64,000 nt of DNA from assembly GCA_973851085.1 (NCBI GenBank), contig OZ316776.1:10354001-10418000 (forward strand), in the 5' to 3' direction. The stretch's first letter is position 1, and the number at the start of each line of letters is the position of its first letter. The DNA is from Ptychomitrium polyphyllum (Eukaryota). Shown here piece by piece: positions 1 to 13,397 of this stretch. A program made the position numbers and the translations under genes. Under the pieces are notes generated by a model that searched no databases, had not been told where the DNA came from, and was given only the letters and a program-made list of their open reading frames with translations.

Positions 1-1613
1 TCTTGCATCACCAGCCCTGCGTTGACAATAGCTCTTCATAATTCCAGCCTAATCATTCTCAATTAGCTGTACCGGTACAGTAGCAGCTGCAATCGTGTAT
101 TCATCACAGAGCCTGGTTCAAGGCCTACCGTACTTACAATATAGTATATGCAACATTTGTCCAGTAGCCATCAGGTAATTGCTGATAGAATAAAGTGTGA
201 AACCAGCCATAGGTAGCATGTATTCATATGGATGTGATGTTGTACTGTGGTAGTTGCTGTTGGTATTAGGACTCTGGAAGTGACTAATTAGACTCGAATA
301 AGCCCACGTAAATAATATTCTTTGATGCTTCTAATCTTATGCCATGACGTCACCTCATGGAATAAATTAGACGATGGTTCCCACTCAGTAATTGGTACAT
401 TCCATCTGGATGTCAGTTCCGAATGATGACATTCATGCAGGCTATGGAGTAAGTGATTATTCCGACTCATCTTTCCTTTCGTTGAAAAGTGAATCATTCT
501 ATTGTCGTCGTTAGATTTGTCAACGCTCAAGCTTTAGAAGTTCACCCAGCCGCCGCCAAATTTTATCCTAATCTTCAATTTTTTAGGTATACTCCAGCCT
601 CCCCGCCTCAGTTAGATGCATTGCTTTAATGGTGGCATGTAACTCGGTCAAAAATAGAATGATTCAAATCTTGTTTGTTGTGACATTTATTAACTAAATT
701 CAAATACTTAATGAAGGACTAGTGACCACAGTACACTCCCGTTTCATCAAATACGACCTTGGCTCATGAACAAGTCCCAACTCGCCGTTGCAAATAGGTA
801 CTCCACGTTCCATGGTTCATCGCACATGACCCCACAGATGATGGTGGTGGTCTGCTCTTAACCTTCTCACTTTGACTACAAAACACAGAATTTCCAGACA
901 CCAATTATAAATCCAACGACTATCTTATCACATCATCGTTTCCGACCTATATCAGGCCTTCAGAAGTCAGGATTATTTTAAGTGCAAAAAAATAGGTTAA
1001 GTCTTTGCATTTTCCATCACACAATCATAACCTACAAATAACTATTCACCATGTACATGGCATCGCACCATTCAAATCCTCGTGCGTGACCTGGCACTAT
1101 CAAGGTTCACAGTGACAACAGCAAAGATAACGTTCATGCTCAAGACAAGAAAGCGTAGGAGAATGCTCAAACTGTCCCTACAATGCAATCCCAAGTCTTT
1201 AAGGCAGCTTTTGTGTGGAAGTATGACCGATGGAGAGGAGATTTGTAGTATTATTGGACAAATAACTTCTTACACGATGTTGAGGAAGGGGCCAACAAAA
1301 TTTCTTGGATTCTGAGCTTCTACAAAAGCTACTCTCTACTCTAGTATCTAAGACCAAGGAGTTGACAATTTTTGAGCCTGTGGTGCTCTTCAGCCATTTG
1401 GTTGAAAGAGTAAGCAGGTGAAAGCAATGTATCCTACCCTATTTCAAACTCTGTTTTGTGACATTACATGGTACAAGGGAATTCTCTCAAGATGTACTGA
1501 AATGGGGATGTTAACTTACAAACCAAGGCAGGAATATACACTTACGTTGTGTGATCTCTGCCTTCCCCTACACGATTCTTGGATTTTAAGATGCAAGAAA
1601 ACGCCTAGCGTAA

Positions 1614-4600
1614 CTAGTGGCCAATGGCATCGAGTGCCACGCGTACTAATCGTACAACTCCATCAATATCTCCGAATCCACCCAACTCACCCACCTGCTT
1701 CACGGCGGCCATCCCCTGAGTCTCTTTCCCTGTCTCGGCCTTTGCTGTAGCCTCGGCAGCTCTTTGCAATGACTCGAGGAGCACATTCATTTCCTGAGCC
1801 TGGATGTAAGAATTATGATTTCATCAGTCCAGCAAGTGATGCAAAAGGCAAGCAGTAGCAAACTAACGGGTAAATTAAAAAGGCCCGTACAAAGCAGCAA
1901 ACGAGAAGGAAATAAATGAACATACATCTCGCAGAAATCGATTGGCAACTGGGCGCAACCGTGCAGGAATGTTGAATGAAGTCACGCCAGATGCTCCCGA
2001 CGGTACTTGGGGAGATACTATTGCTGCTTTCCCTAAAGAGGCCTTACTACCAGGAACGATACCGTGGTGCTTATTGAGATTGTCCACATCCGAAGCTGAT
2101 GAAGATGATGGAGACTCCCCTGCACGGAAACAAAAGCTCATTCAGTGATCAAGCTAAGATCTTGACTCAAAGCCTTTGTAGCAGCTTATGCAATAGGTGA
2201 ACTGGTATCAAGAGGCAATAAAATGGAAAAAGAGATCACCGTTTGAGGGCATGTGTGGGCCAGATGTTAATTGCGCGGCAGACTGAAATTCTTTGCAGTC
2301 GTTTGCAAAGGAAGTCTTCTTAGTCATCATGAGCCTCATACGAGCCACAGCTGCACATGTGTAAGCAAGAGCTGTAGCTCTAAGGTCCCCCCGACGTTTA
2401 TACTGACTACCACAAAACCTGCCATACAACATCCATGGCAGTACGATAATTTAGCTGTTGAGTAAGAAAAGGAATGGGAAGATAGCTTCAAAGTCCATAG
2501 TATCCTGTCTAGCGAGAAATGAGCGGAGGTAATAACAGTATGGAGTTGAGTAACATACTCGCAAAGGTGGGCAATTTCCCTGTAGAGTTCCGTGGACTTA
2601 TTAAGGTAACTCTCTATTTGAACCGACTCCAGTGCTGCTGCAGATTGTAAAAATTCCAGGGCTGACTGTAAATACAAGTTGGTACTTTCGGTCTCATCAG
2701 CATTCTGTAGATCAAAATAAACATATGTCAGAAACACAAAGGTTCCCTCCCCCCAATTCCAACTGTTGGGTTTTAACTGTTGATCATAATTAAATTCTTA
2801 GTTTATTCTAAAGGTGCTTGGATGAAGGATCAAACGCTGAATCTCAAGAGCTGACGATGATGGAAACGTATTCATCTTCAGAATACAACCTTGAAAGAAA
2901 ACAAATACCTTCAGTCGATCCGCAGAGTGCTTCAGATCCTTCGCTTTCTTCATGAAATTATTTGATTTAAGGATGGCTTCTGCATATTGTTCTTTGTCTT
3001 TCTTTGCAGGACTGCCAGTTGCTACCTCACCGACAAAGGATTTCGCAAGTCCCATTTCCATGTCTTCCCGTTTCAACGCCTCCCCTCTATCACCACCACC
3101 ACGAGTATTGGAGGATGCACCTGGTCTCTTATTGACATCCGACGGTCCTACATCCATTCCACCACTATCTTTGCGAGCATTTGAAACAATCCTGTCGCTT
3201 TCCCGATTGGCTTCTTTGCTGGAAGGACCAACCCTGGCCCCATATGCCTGAGCAGAAGTATCATCTCTTTTGTTGGCATACTTAGCCCCATCGAGTTTTA
3301 AGTCCTCCTCCCAAGACCTTTCTCCTGGTTTCTCCAGACCACTTTCCCGTGGCGGACGACACCTATCGTCTCTTGTATTCCTATCTTTGGCATTGTGATC
3401 ACTATGGTCAACATGGTCGTTGTCCCTAATATCAAGCCTTCTGCGATCACTATCACGCTCACGATTGCCTCTCCGTCTGACCTGTTGACCATCCACGTCA
3501 TCAATGTCCCCAGAGCTATGAGGATGCCGCTCTGGATGATGACTGTGGCTATGTCCACGATCCACGCCTCTGTCCTCTTCGTCATACCAACCATCATCAC
3601 GAGCCTCACCACTGGAGTCTTGCTTCCCAAATCTTGTAGTGTTGTGTGTAATTCCAGGATGACGGTACTCTCCTTCATCCAAGGAGGATCCCCGTGAAGC
3701 AGCGCGAACATGCTTGGGACCTGGTGACGACTGCATTGCCGTGTCAGTGCCCAGAGTGGCGTGGCCTGAAGCAACTCTATTATTGAACAACTCCCTGTTT
3801 CCATTTGTTACTCTCACAGGTGATGATGAAACAGTAGACTCCAGAGGAGAGCCCACGCCCTTCAATGAGCCTGAGGATGAGTTAGAAACCTTTGAAGAAA
3901 TTGAACGATTAAAATCTTCTCTCCCATATCCAGGTTTTTCACGAGGACTGGCTTCATTAGGCCTGTCATAGGATGCATCGTCCCTGCGCTTCTTCCATGT
4001 TCTTTGCTCTGAGTCGCTACCATCCTCTTTTGATCTCCATTGCTTCTCTGAAGCCTTGGACCTTCTGCCTTGATCCCTGTCTTCTCTACGTTTCTCTGGT
4101 ACCCCATCATTCTCCCTCAGGTCTTTCAAAACAGAGTTGATATCTTGCGTCTCTTTATCGTGTAAACCAGTGTATGAGAGTAGGCCGGTATCTCTTGGCT
4201 TCAGAATTGACGTCTCTCTTTTTGATTTTTGTACATTCGCCCTCTTGTCTATTTCCACATACTCATCCTCGCTGGGCATTTGTGGATCATCGAATTGTAG
4301 TCTTGCCCTGCCACCTTTGTTCTTTTTTAGATATGGAGTATCATCCAGGTCCTCAAAAGTCCCCACCTTTTTCCTTTTCCCTGGACCACCACCTTGAGTT
4401 TCCCCTGATGCTAGAAAAGCTCTCTCCTTTTCAACATAAACAGGCTCTACATCCATAGCCTCCTTGCTCCACTGTGATGTTTCAAGATTACGCTCCTGTT
4501 CCTGCAGAGCCTTTTTCTTGATGCGAGTATCTTCACCTATTACAATACATAGCGCAACGCTTTCAATACATGCAGCGCCAGTTCACTCCAATACGATCTT

Positions 4601-7600
4601 AAATTTTTTGTGTGGCACCAAATATTTTGCCACATCAGAGCTTCTCACAGTAGACTACGGTGAAAGCGATATTTATAGACGGGTTATCAGAGCAGGCACC
4701 TGCCTACTTAGAGCCTAACCTACAATAACACTTTGATGTAAAGCAAACTAGACGACCTGGAGTTGTCAACTATCAGGAGTTCCGAACGTTTGAACAAGCA
4801 AGATGAAACAGGGTCGAACTTGTAAGAGACGAATGTAAAATAATGACGGACCCTAAAATGGGAAAAATTCAAAACCAACCTTCATTAGGACGTGTACGCT
4901 TGACTTTCTCCTTAGCCTTAGACTTATGCTTTTCGCTCGCTGTTGTGCCATCGCCAGAATTATCTAGACCCATGTCATTGATATTCTTACTTTTCACTGC
5001 CACATCAACCCCTTTGCCCCCAGCGACTTTGGCAACAGAACCTCCTAATTTTCGTGCTACACCTTTCTTCGGTAGAAAATTCTTCTTGGTATCCACTTCA
5101 TCTGCCCACTTTTCCAACGCAGGTTCTGCTGCTGGGGCTGGAGCCTGCAATGAGACAGGGGCAGCAACAGCAGCTGCTGGAAGGGTTGCAGCAGGCAGAG
5201 CAGCAGGATTTTGATAGCCCAATAGATTGTAGACTGCCGCCGTGGTCTCTTCCTCCTTAAATTTGCAGTCATTCATTCCCGGCCTGTTTCCTCAGTCATT
5301 CTTTGTCAGCCTTGCAGAAAAGTAGCTAAAATAAACACGCATAACAAGAAAATTCCCGCAGACAACACCTTAAAGAGTGCAGACCCTATCAAACAATCCA
5401 TGCATGTTGCTACAAACATCCGTTCAGATACCAATCTAAGAAAAAAGTTAAATAACGAAAAGGATAAGCTCTCTCAGACTTACAGCCAATCCATCATTTT
5501 GCAGCGCCATTTCTTGGGTAGTGTATCTGGATTTACATGGGGCATCAACAAGCGCCATTGCTCACACTTGTCACAGGCGACCCAGTTGTCTAAAACAAGT
5601 TGCGGGATCACCAAAGATGTTGGCGCAGCCTCTACAACTGATGGAACTCTCTCTTCTTCTTTAATAGTAACAGGTTCTGGTAAGCTCATCCGTTCTTTCT
5701 CAAGCTCCTTCGTAGACGGCTTTCTCTCCTGCGAACTCCTTGAGTTCTTGTGCTCGTGTGGGACACCTTTCCGACCTGCAGCACCACTACCTGTTCTCTT
5801 GGTGGCGCTTGGATTACTTCCAGACTTAGAGACGTCCTTGACGAAATCTTTAGCTTTCAGATCTACTGCGACATCCTTTCTTTGATTTTCTCTCAAACCT
5901 TCCTTGAAATTCTCTCTAGCTCTTGCAGAAGCTGTGTTTTTACCATCTTCCTTCGCTTGCTTCTTGGCTTCAGACACGCTTAGCCCCTTTTCATAGCTTT
6001 CCTTCTCACTATCAGTCATCCTGACGACCTCATTATCCTTCAATGTCTGGGCCTTCCCAGTTGCTTTAGATCGAGAGAGCTCCTTACTATCTCTAATTTT
6101 GGAAGCTTGTGATTTCCCAGCTCCTTTACCATCAGTGACTTCCTTCTCCTTTTGCCCGTTCACAACCGGTGGTTTGTTGATCTCAAGTTGCTTTCGAGAG
6201 CTTTTCGACAACGGGTCCCTGACTAGATCGAATTCCTCCTTTCCAAATCCTTCTATCCCTTTTTCATCTAGAAATTCGTGTTGCTCCCCTGTAATATCAT
6301 TTCTGCCAGATCTCGATTGCCTTTCTTTCAGAGATGCCTTATCTGCATCAGAGTCCCTTCTAGATTTCCTCCCTCCATTAGAATCAGCTATAAAATCAGA
6401 ACCTTTTTTACCATCCGCAGTATGCTTTTCTGTATCAAACCCTTTGCCTTTCCTGTAATCTAAACCAGCCCCACGAGGTGAACTCAGATCAACTTTGCCG
6501 GCAGAAGCATTTACATTCGAAGTAGCTGTAGACAAATTCCCGGGTTTTTGCATGTAGGAGTTGGACTCCTTCGCGTCCATGATCTCGAAAGTGCTATCCG
6601 ACAATGGTGAAAGTAAGCCTCCTACCGGGCAGGTTGCTGTCATCATCTGTCCCAATAGCCATGCCGATGAATCCATCAGGTTGCTTAACAGATCATGCAT
6701 GATGTTTTGTTCTAAACAATAACCCAAATAATTACTGTATAGGGAACATGACAGACATACCTCGATCATAGACATGGGGCTGGGTTCAGGAGACTCCACA
6801 TTCGAACGAGAATAATTGTCGTCATCATCGTCCAGAGATGCATCATCTGATTCATCGTCCAAGCCAAGTCCAAGTCCATTGTAAAGCGCCTTTCGTTTAG
6901 CTTCGTCTGTGTCCGCAGCTTGTTTACCTAACTTTATTTTTAGTTTCACCTGCTTATTAGCTGCGAAAGCACTGACTACACCGTTCTCTTTCACACTGGC
7001 CTGATGGACTAAAGTCCCTGCCGGGCGCTTCACAGGCTGCCATCCAACGCACCTGTGTTAGTAACGTCAGAACCCACATGAACTGAAGCACAACGATTTG
7101 CTGGAGTTAAGAAAGAACGGAGCAAAGAAATTAAAGCAAATAAATCTCCGTCACCTCTGCTGCAACTCCTTCTCCCACCGGTCGTCCAACTTCTGCAGCA
7201 GGTGGTGCAGGATGTGGTTCAGCCAGCACAGATGGGACACGGGCTTGTGTTGGCAGAAATGTGCCATAACCTCCGTATTTAGACCCTGAGATCATCCAAC
7301 CTTGGCTTCAGCGTGTGTGTACCCTAAGTATTCGTCACCTTAATACGGTTGCCCAAATTAAGAAGAATCACCTTCTTGGCAACATCACGTGATTGAGACT
7401 AGATAGAGCACTTTGCCAACATACGGGGTGATCAAGGAAGGCGTGGCTAAGCACGCCTAAAAATCACACCAACAGCTGCGCAACTTGCCAATCTCAATAT
7501 CCGGCACAGCCTCTTCCTGCCTTCCAAAGGTATGGAAGATGGAGGCCAGATGGGAAGCATTTCGTTCTACATCTGCAGATAAGAGAGAGCATACCCAGTT

Positions 7601-8667
7601 TTTCGGTAGAAAGGTTCCCCCCTTGAAACTCCTTCTGGCAGTCACCTAGTAACATTTCCAACCTCGTATCCTGCCACCATACACAGGTCATCAGCCGGAG
7701 CGCTGGCCAAAGTACCAAATCTACTTCGGCCTTTGAGAGCACTCACATTGACATGACTTATATGATTTTCCTTCCCCCAACGACTTGACGGGACAAGCCC
7801 TAGCAGCTTAGAGCATCGTTCTAGGTAGACGGGACTATTATTCTACTCATCCTCGCAAGTTATTTACAAACCCAGATACGGCCCTTCAAATGATGTCGCT
7901 AAAGCTCCTCCTGGCCATAAATAGTACTTGGCTCTCACAATTTCAAAGAGAAGCTCCAATTAACCTGGCTATTACTGCTCTGCTCTGAAATTGGAAAAGC
8001 ACTCAAGCAAACTCCTGACTTCACTTGTAGGCTTTGAAATGCCGATGCAAGGCGATTGCGAAGATTTAATCACGTGAAGTCTAACCTTCCACACAGATTC
8101 CTCCGCTAAACTCCAACCATGGAACTCATCACTGCACAACCATAAGGGCACCCTAGCTAAAAAACATCATCGACTAAATCCGTAGACTGTCGAGAAACTC
8201 GTCGTCCTCATCACCGAAGTGTGGGGCATTTCAAAGATTCACAACAATCCTACGCCCTCGACTAAATGAAGCAAATAAGTTACTTGCTCCATCGAGCTCA
8301 TCCAGTGCATCGTGTAAGCACACCGCCATGACATGAGCAGAAACTCATACGAAGGCTGAGCAATTCTTGTGACAATGCGGGAGAACCTAGTCCTCACATT
8401 GATACCGTCCCCTAATTTCACAGCTCACTAAACGGATTCAGTCAAATTGTGGCTTGGTAGCGAGACGCAGACATCCGGCCCCAGAACACAAAGCACACGG
8501 GCCATCCGCACAGGCACTCCGCATGGAGAACCAGAGGGACGATGAATTGCAGCGCAATTGCGAAATCAGAATGAAGGCAAGGCCTTTACGAGGTAAGAAA
8601 AGTCGGTGTCGGGATCGAGAGCCTCCTTGGCCTCTCCCTCCTCGAGCTCCGCATCCTCGTCCTCCAT
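1614..8667 (-). CDS. CW-type zinc-finger domain protein (AT3G62900-like family), 11 coding exons: 8590-8667, 7595-7670, 7155-7285, 6761-7036, 5484-6646, 4880-5283, 2909-4536, 2559-2704, 2240-2418, 1926-2119, 1614-1799
   Basis: The spliced N-terminus reads MEDEDAELEEGEA..DPDTDFSYL|DTRLEMLLGDCQKEFQGGNLSTEKLG|SKYGGYGTFLP, the family-typical start. zf-CW motif NWVACDKCEQWRLL..LPKKWRCKMMDWLPGMNDC. C-terminal KKAKDLKHSADRLK..LYLQSALEFLQSA..ALAYTCAAVARMR..SPSSSSASDVDNLN. All introns GT-AG with consistent phases; TAG stop at 1614-1616. Confidence 0.9.
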
Positions 8668-9252
8668 GGCCGCCCTGCAAGCAAACCCCACCTGCCTGCC
8701 TGCTCGCACCAACTGCTCCTCCCCCACCCTTTCGCCTGTCCCCACCTAGGGTTTTAACCGCGGTCCACGCTCCCTCGGCTGCATGGCCGCCGAGACCGAC
8801 CCCCACAGAACAGCACAATCAACTTAGGTCACCCACACCCGCACCCAAGAACACGCCCTTTTCGCCCGCGCAACTCAGCACAGATGCGAACCACCAAACT
8901 CGCCCCACCCCCACCACCACCAAGAAAACGAAACTGACACAACAAGTGGATTTACATGGCAGACCGGAATGGTGGAATGGGGAATGAAGGGGCGGGGCGA
9001 GGCAGCCCGAAACCCTACAGGCAATGGGTGAATTGTATCCCCAGGAGATGAGCGATGAGGGAATGTTGCCCCGACATGCACCACGGAAGAAATGCTGGTG
9101 CCGTGCGGGGGCGGATTGCAGTACAGAAGTTACGAAGTTGCACAAGAGGCTGCAAGGTGGATGCTGTGCGAGCGATGATGAGAGGAGAGACGAGAGGAGG
9201 TTGTTAGCGCTGTGGAGCGGGGAACGCACAGAGAGAGTGGGAGTCTGGGGTC

Positions 9253-9285
9253 AGGCACAGGCACCGGCACCGGCACAGGCACAGG
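9253..9285. repeat. (GGCACA/GGCACC)5 hexamer microsatellite upstream of the CW gene
   Basis: Sequence aggcacaggcaccggcaccggcacaggcacagg. Confidence 0.75.
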
Positions 9286-9553
9286 AAGAGAGGTGCGAAC
9301 TAAGTCGCTGCATCAGCGTGGAAAGAGAAAGAAGGGAAAGGGAAATGCGTGTGCTGTTCAGCTCTGCTGCTGTTGCGCTTGCGTACTGCTGCTGAAGCTG
9401 TGCTCATGGCTGGCTGGGCTGGTCCAAAACAGGACGACGGCCCCCCTGGGGACTGGTTACTGCGCGCACCCATGCCTGCCTCCGCCGACGCCTGCCCCAC
9501 GGCCATCGCTCTCCGCGACGGCGACAGACGACGCCCAGCGACGCACGACAGGC

Positions 9554-9583
9554 GACGACGACGACGACGACGACAATGACGAC
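9554..9583. repeat. (GAC)n trinucleotide microsatellite in the GC-rich upstream region of the CW gene
   Basis: gacgacgacgacgacgacgac followed by aatgacgac. Confidence 0.8.
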
Positions 9584-11149
9584 GTACTAGGAAGCAACAG
9601 AACGGCGCTCGCCCTGGGCCCCCGTCCCTTCCTTCCCTCCCTGTCGCTGCTCTTGCACTCTGTTCGCCCTCGTTTCTTTACTGCCCGCCTCCAGTCCCCA
9701 TCCGGGTCCATCCCATCCCCCACGACGGAGCCCCATCTCCAGCACCGTCCCGGCGCCCAAGGCCGACACTGCCCACCGGGCCATACCTTCCGTTCCTGCA
9801 GTCAATTCCGGAGCAGCTTAGACACTACCACGTCGGCGAGCGCACTGCCAACTGTCGCTGTATCTAAAACCGACAGATTCTGCAGACTTTTGTAGACTGC
9901 AGGAACTGGAGTGTAGGCCTTTGGTAGATTGTTTCGGTTTTTGGCACACTGGCTCATTGTGGAGTGGTCCGAGAAGGAGAAGGCTACTTGCTCCGTAGAA
10001 ATGGTCAGCATGGCACGGGCGCCCATTTTGGCTTGCTGGTAGAGATTGTTGTTGGGACTCACCGGCCTTGAAGAATTTCGTTGGTCGCTACAATAGTAAG
10101 TTGAATGAGTGATAATTTTCCATGCAATCGAGACATTCCATGATGTTTTGTGACTTTGTGGCAAGACACCACCACTGTATGTGTTGGATATATTATAACA
10201 ATGGCGGTTACAAGTCACTTTGAAACATCTATCCATGTATCATTGACGGTTTAGGATTGTGGTGTCTCAATATAGGCATGCTCTGAATTTTGAGTATTGA
10301 AATGAATGTTTAGCAATAAAACGTTTGGTATTAATTGCAATGGAGTTTAGAGAGACTATTCTCTAAAGGTATCAAAGTTTTAGGTTAAACCATTGAACTT
10401 CTATACTATCCACTTTAGTCACAACAATAGTTTATCTTTATTTAATTTTGTAGTTGTTATTGGCATGTCAAGCTATATTCCATTTGATTTTAGAACATAC
10501 AAAGGTCTATCTTTATGGTAACTGGCTTATATTCTTCCTCACACGTTTATATATTTTCACATGGTTTATACTTATTTGTTGGTCCATCTGTTTGTCCATG
10601 TCTATTTGTCTGTGAAGACTTTCAATAAGTCCTTGTCTGCTTGATAACATTCAACCAAGATTAAATTAGCAATAAGATGAATTATAACTTACCTTATTCA
10701 TGTAACCTGCAATTGCCATGCAAGAGGTTTGGATAGGGAAGAAGTGCAAATTGGAAGCGTAGATACTATATGAAGAACAATTGAATTAAGCACAGGCACC
10801 AATTATACATGCAAATGTTAAGGCATGGACAGGGAGGGAGTTGTGCATGGAGCATGAGGCAATATAGAATATACATACAAATCTATTCAACTTCCATTTT
10901 GAATATTTGTTTTTAAAAAATCAATTTGAAAATAAAACTTTTAAGATATATGCATTTTATTCCATAATTGTAAATTCAAGGTGGCTCATAAAAATCCACA
11001 TTAGGAATGTATGCAAACAATACTATATCTAATAACTAAATGTGCGTGAAACTATGAGCTTATTTTAAATGATGTAGCCAAAATAAGTTTATAAAGTTGT
11101 GAAGACATAAAAAGAAATCAAAACGTCAAGGGTTGTAGAGGAGTTGATG

Positions 11150-11950
11150 GGTTTTCTATACAAATTTACAAGTGAATGCAATAATCTTGGAATGCAATAC
11201 ATTCCATCCAAGTATTCTATTTAGAAAAAATGTTACTCTCTTTGCTTCTTCAAATCATTTGTGTCAACCACAATGTCAACAAAAAATGAATCTACTATGT
11301 CAAAGAATGGATGTTCTCATTGCATCTCATAAAAAGGAATTGCTAAGTTTGGAAGACCAAAGGTACAATACAACTTCAAAGCTACAATAAATATTTTCTT
11401 TTTACATCTTTTAATTGCTCTCCTATTTTATAGCCATAACAAGATGGCTTATTCTCAACCATGTAATTTGCCAACCTCCAATTACACATACCATTGTATA
11501 CTTTGTCTTTCTTATTTGAAGAAAATTGAAGCAAAACATTGGAAGATCTTATGTTATTGTGGAGAAACTTTGCTTTCTGACTCCATTCCACAATACATAA
11601 CAACGCCAAGCAAGCTTTGCTCTATTCTTGTAATAGTCAATAATCACCTATATATCTTTTATTGATCAATTTTTGTTTTGCTTAAAATGCTATTTTTACT
11701 AGCCACCTTAGAAGCTTTGTTGTCAATGGCATAAAATATGTTGAAGTTACCCCCATTATGATATAATATTTAAGCCTCCATAGTTTTAGGATGAAGGGTT
11801 CAAAATTTTAATGATGCCAGGGTGTGCAAAGGGACAAATCATGACTTCAAGCAATCATTGCTTGCGTTTTTTCTTCTTGCTTTTGGCAATTGGAAGTTTA
11901 TTTCTTAATTCAATTTATAATGATATGTCTTTTATTCTAGATGTTTGTAC
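11150..11950 (-). pseudogene. Heavily degenerate intron-less protein-kinase-like relic
   Basis: Minus-strand fragments occur in kinase order: CPFAHPGIIK..LHPKTMEA (~11780-11850), FLHNNIRSSNVLL (catalytic-loop-like) and NGMCNWRLA (DFG/DWG-like) within ORF 11382-11609, then VALKLY (APE-like, ~11365-11385). Many stops and frameshifts. Confidence 0.5.
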
Positions 11951-13011
11951 TTTTGGAATTTATCAAAGCCACCTTTAGCATCAAAGTTAGAAAAAGGAAA
12001 AACTCTAGCTTCTTTTAGAATCCACATTATTCCATGATTTATGTGATTTTCAAAAGTGAAGCCTTCAAAGTTTATTTATTCTAAAGTATTGGCTAATTTT
12101 TGTATAAAGAATATTTTTTAGCATAAGATTAGACCACTTTAAATTTATAGAGTAGGTCCATATGCTCCAAAGTGTATTTTCCATCTTTTGGTTTTTTGTA
12201 TACACATCCAAAACTATGCATGATACTAGTTGTGTTGATTACAATTTATTGAACCATCTACATATTATAAAAGAAAGAGGTTCTTTTCAAAGCCCAAATT
12301 TGATTTAAGTTGTCATATAATTGAAAAGGTGCTGCCAAATTGCACAACAATGGAGAGTATAATAGTCAGGCAAAAAAAAGACTTCAACCATTGCTACAAA
12401 ACTAACAAATTGACCATGCCAAAAATAATTCTACTTTCTTGTTTCTAGCATTGAATCCACTTCCTTCTCATACAAAGCCCTTCATATTAAAAATATTTCA
12501 TTTCCATATATTTTATGATGTTTTTATGTTGCCATAAAATTAAAAATTGTGCAAACATCAAGCATTACAAATGCAAGGCAATAGATTTTAAAGATAACAA
12601 AAAACCACTGTACCATTGTAATGTGCAAGTCGAGAATTATCTCCATTTCAAGTTCCATTGCATTATTAATGTTGATTGTAGGTAGAAGTAGAGGTGGAAG
12701 TGTTCTTTTTAGTAAATAGGCTGCATCTTAGGATTTTTACAAGTAATTATAAAAAAATACAATGAAGATATATGGCATTTGAATCAAAAGCAATAGCTGA
12801 CTAAAATTATTTACTAAATAACTTCAAATGGGCTCAATTTTTGATAGTTCATTTTCTTCAAGAAGAGTTATTTTTGAATGTTTTGCTAAAAAAACCACAT
12901 GCAATTTTGAATTATAATTTAAGTTTAGATTGGAATTTTAAATGACAATTTGTAGAACCTTTGTCCATTCTTGAACTTTTTATAGTTGAAAAATAAGCTC
13001 CTTATACATAT

Positions 13012-13397
13012 TGTCACCAATATACATTGCAAACATAATTTAAAAAAATCTTTAAGAACCTTCCAAAACTTTCTACTAGCTTCAAATAATATCTTAGAAC
13101 CTTCTAGTAGCTTCCACTTCTTTGGAAAGTTATAATAAAAGGTTCAATAAACCTCCAAAATATTCTATAATTTTAAAAGAAGCTTCTTTAGAAGTATCTT
13201 AGGAAGCATTGGCTTAATGATATAAATTGAGGTTAAGATGAGGTATACTTTTGACTTGCCAATACAAGTTGTGGAACACACCCATCATGTTGTCTTATTT
13301 TTTATTCTTGCAAATTTTTTAATTATTTAGAAGCTCCTTAGAAGCTTATTCTTGATATCGCTTCTTGTATAACTCCTTGTTTTTTGTGTCCTAAACA
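13012..13397 (+). mobile_element. Old degenerate LTR related to the Tcn1-like element at 35463-42043, in the opposite orientation
   Basis: Starts TGTCAC and ends ..TTGTGTCCTAAACA. Its core TATAAATTGAGGTTAAGATGAGGTATACTTTTGACTTGCCAATACAAGTTGTGGA aligns by eye with TATAAATAGGAGGCAAGACAAGGTATTCCTTAGTCTTGCCAACACAAGTTGTGGA on the minus strand of LTR 35463-36077. Contains gaacctt-type repeats and is followed by TTGGCAA. Confidence 0.7.

Noticed and set aside
1..1600. Short ORFs 288-530, 1082-1315 and 1418-1750
   Set aside because: They lie in 3'UTR or intergenic sequence, have non-ATG starts and no recognisable protein features.
8438..9895. Several overlapping Pro/Arg/Gly-rich ORFs (e.g. 9212-9895 +, 8454-8987 +)
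   Set aside because: GC-rich promoter/5'UTR with microsatellites yields stop-poor frames; no recognisable domain, and some overlap the real CW exon 1.
9830..10240. Possible gene fragment (ORF 9802-10236, minus strand)
   Set aside because: No recognisable motif or splice structure, so a call cannot be supported.
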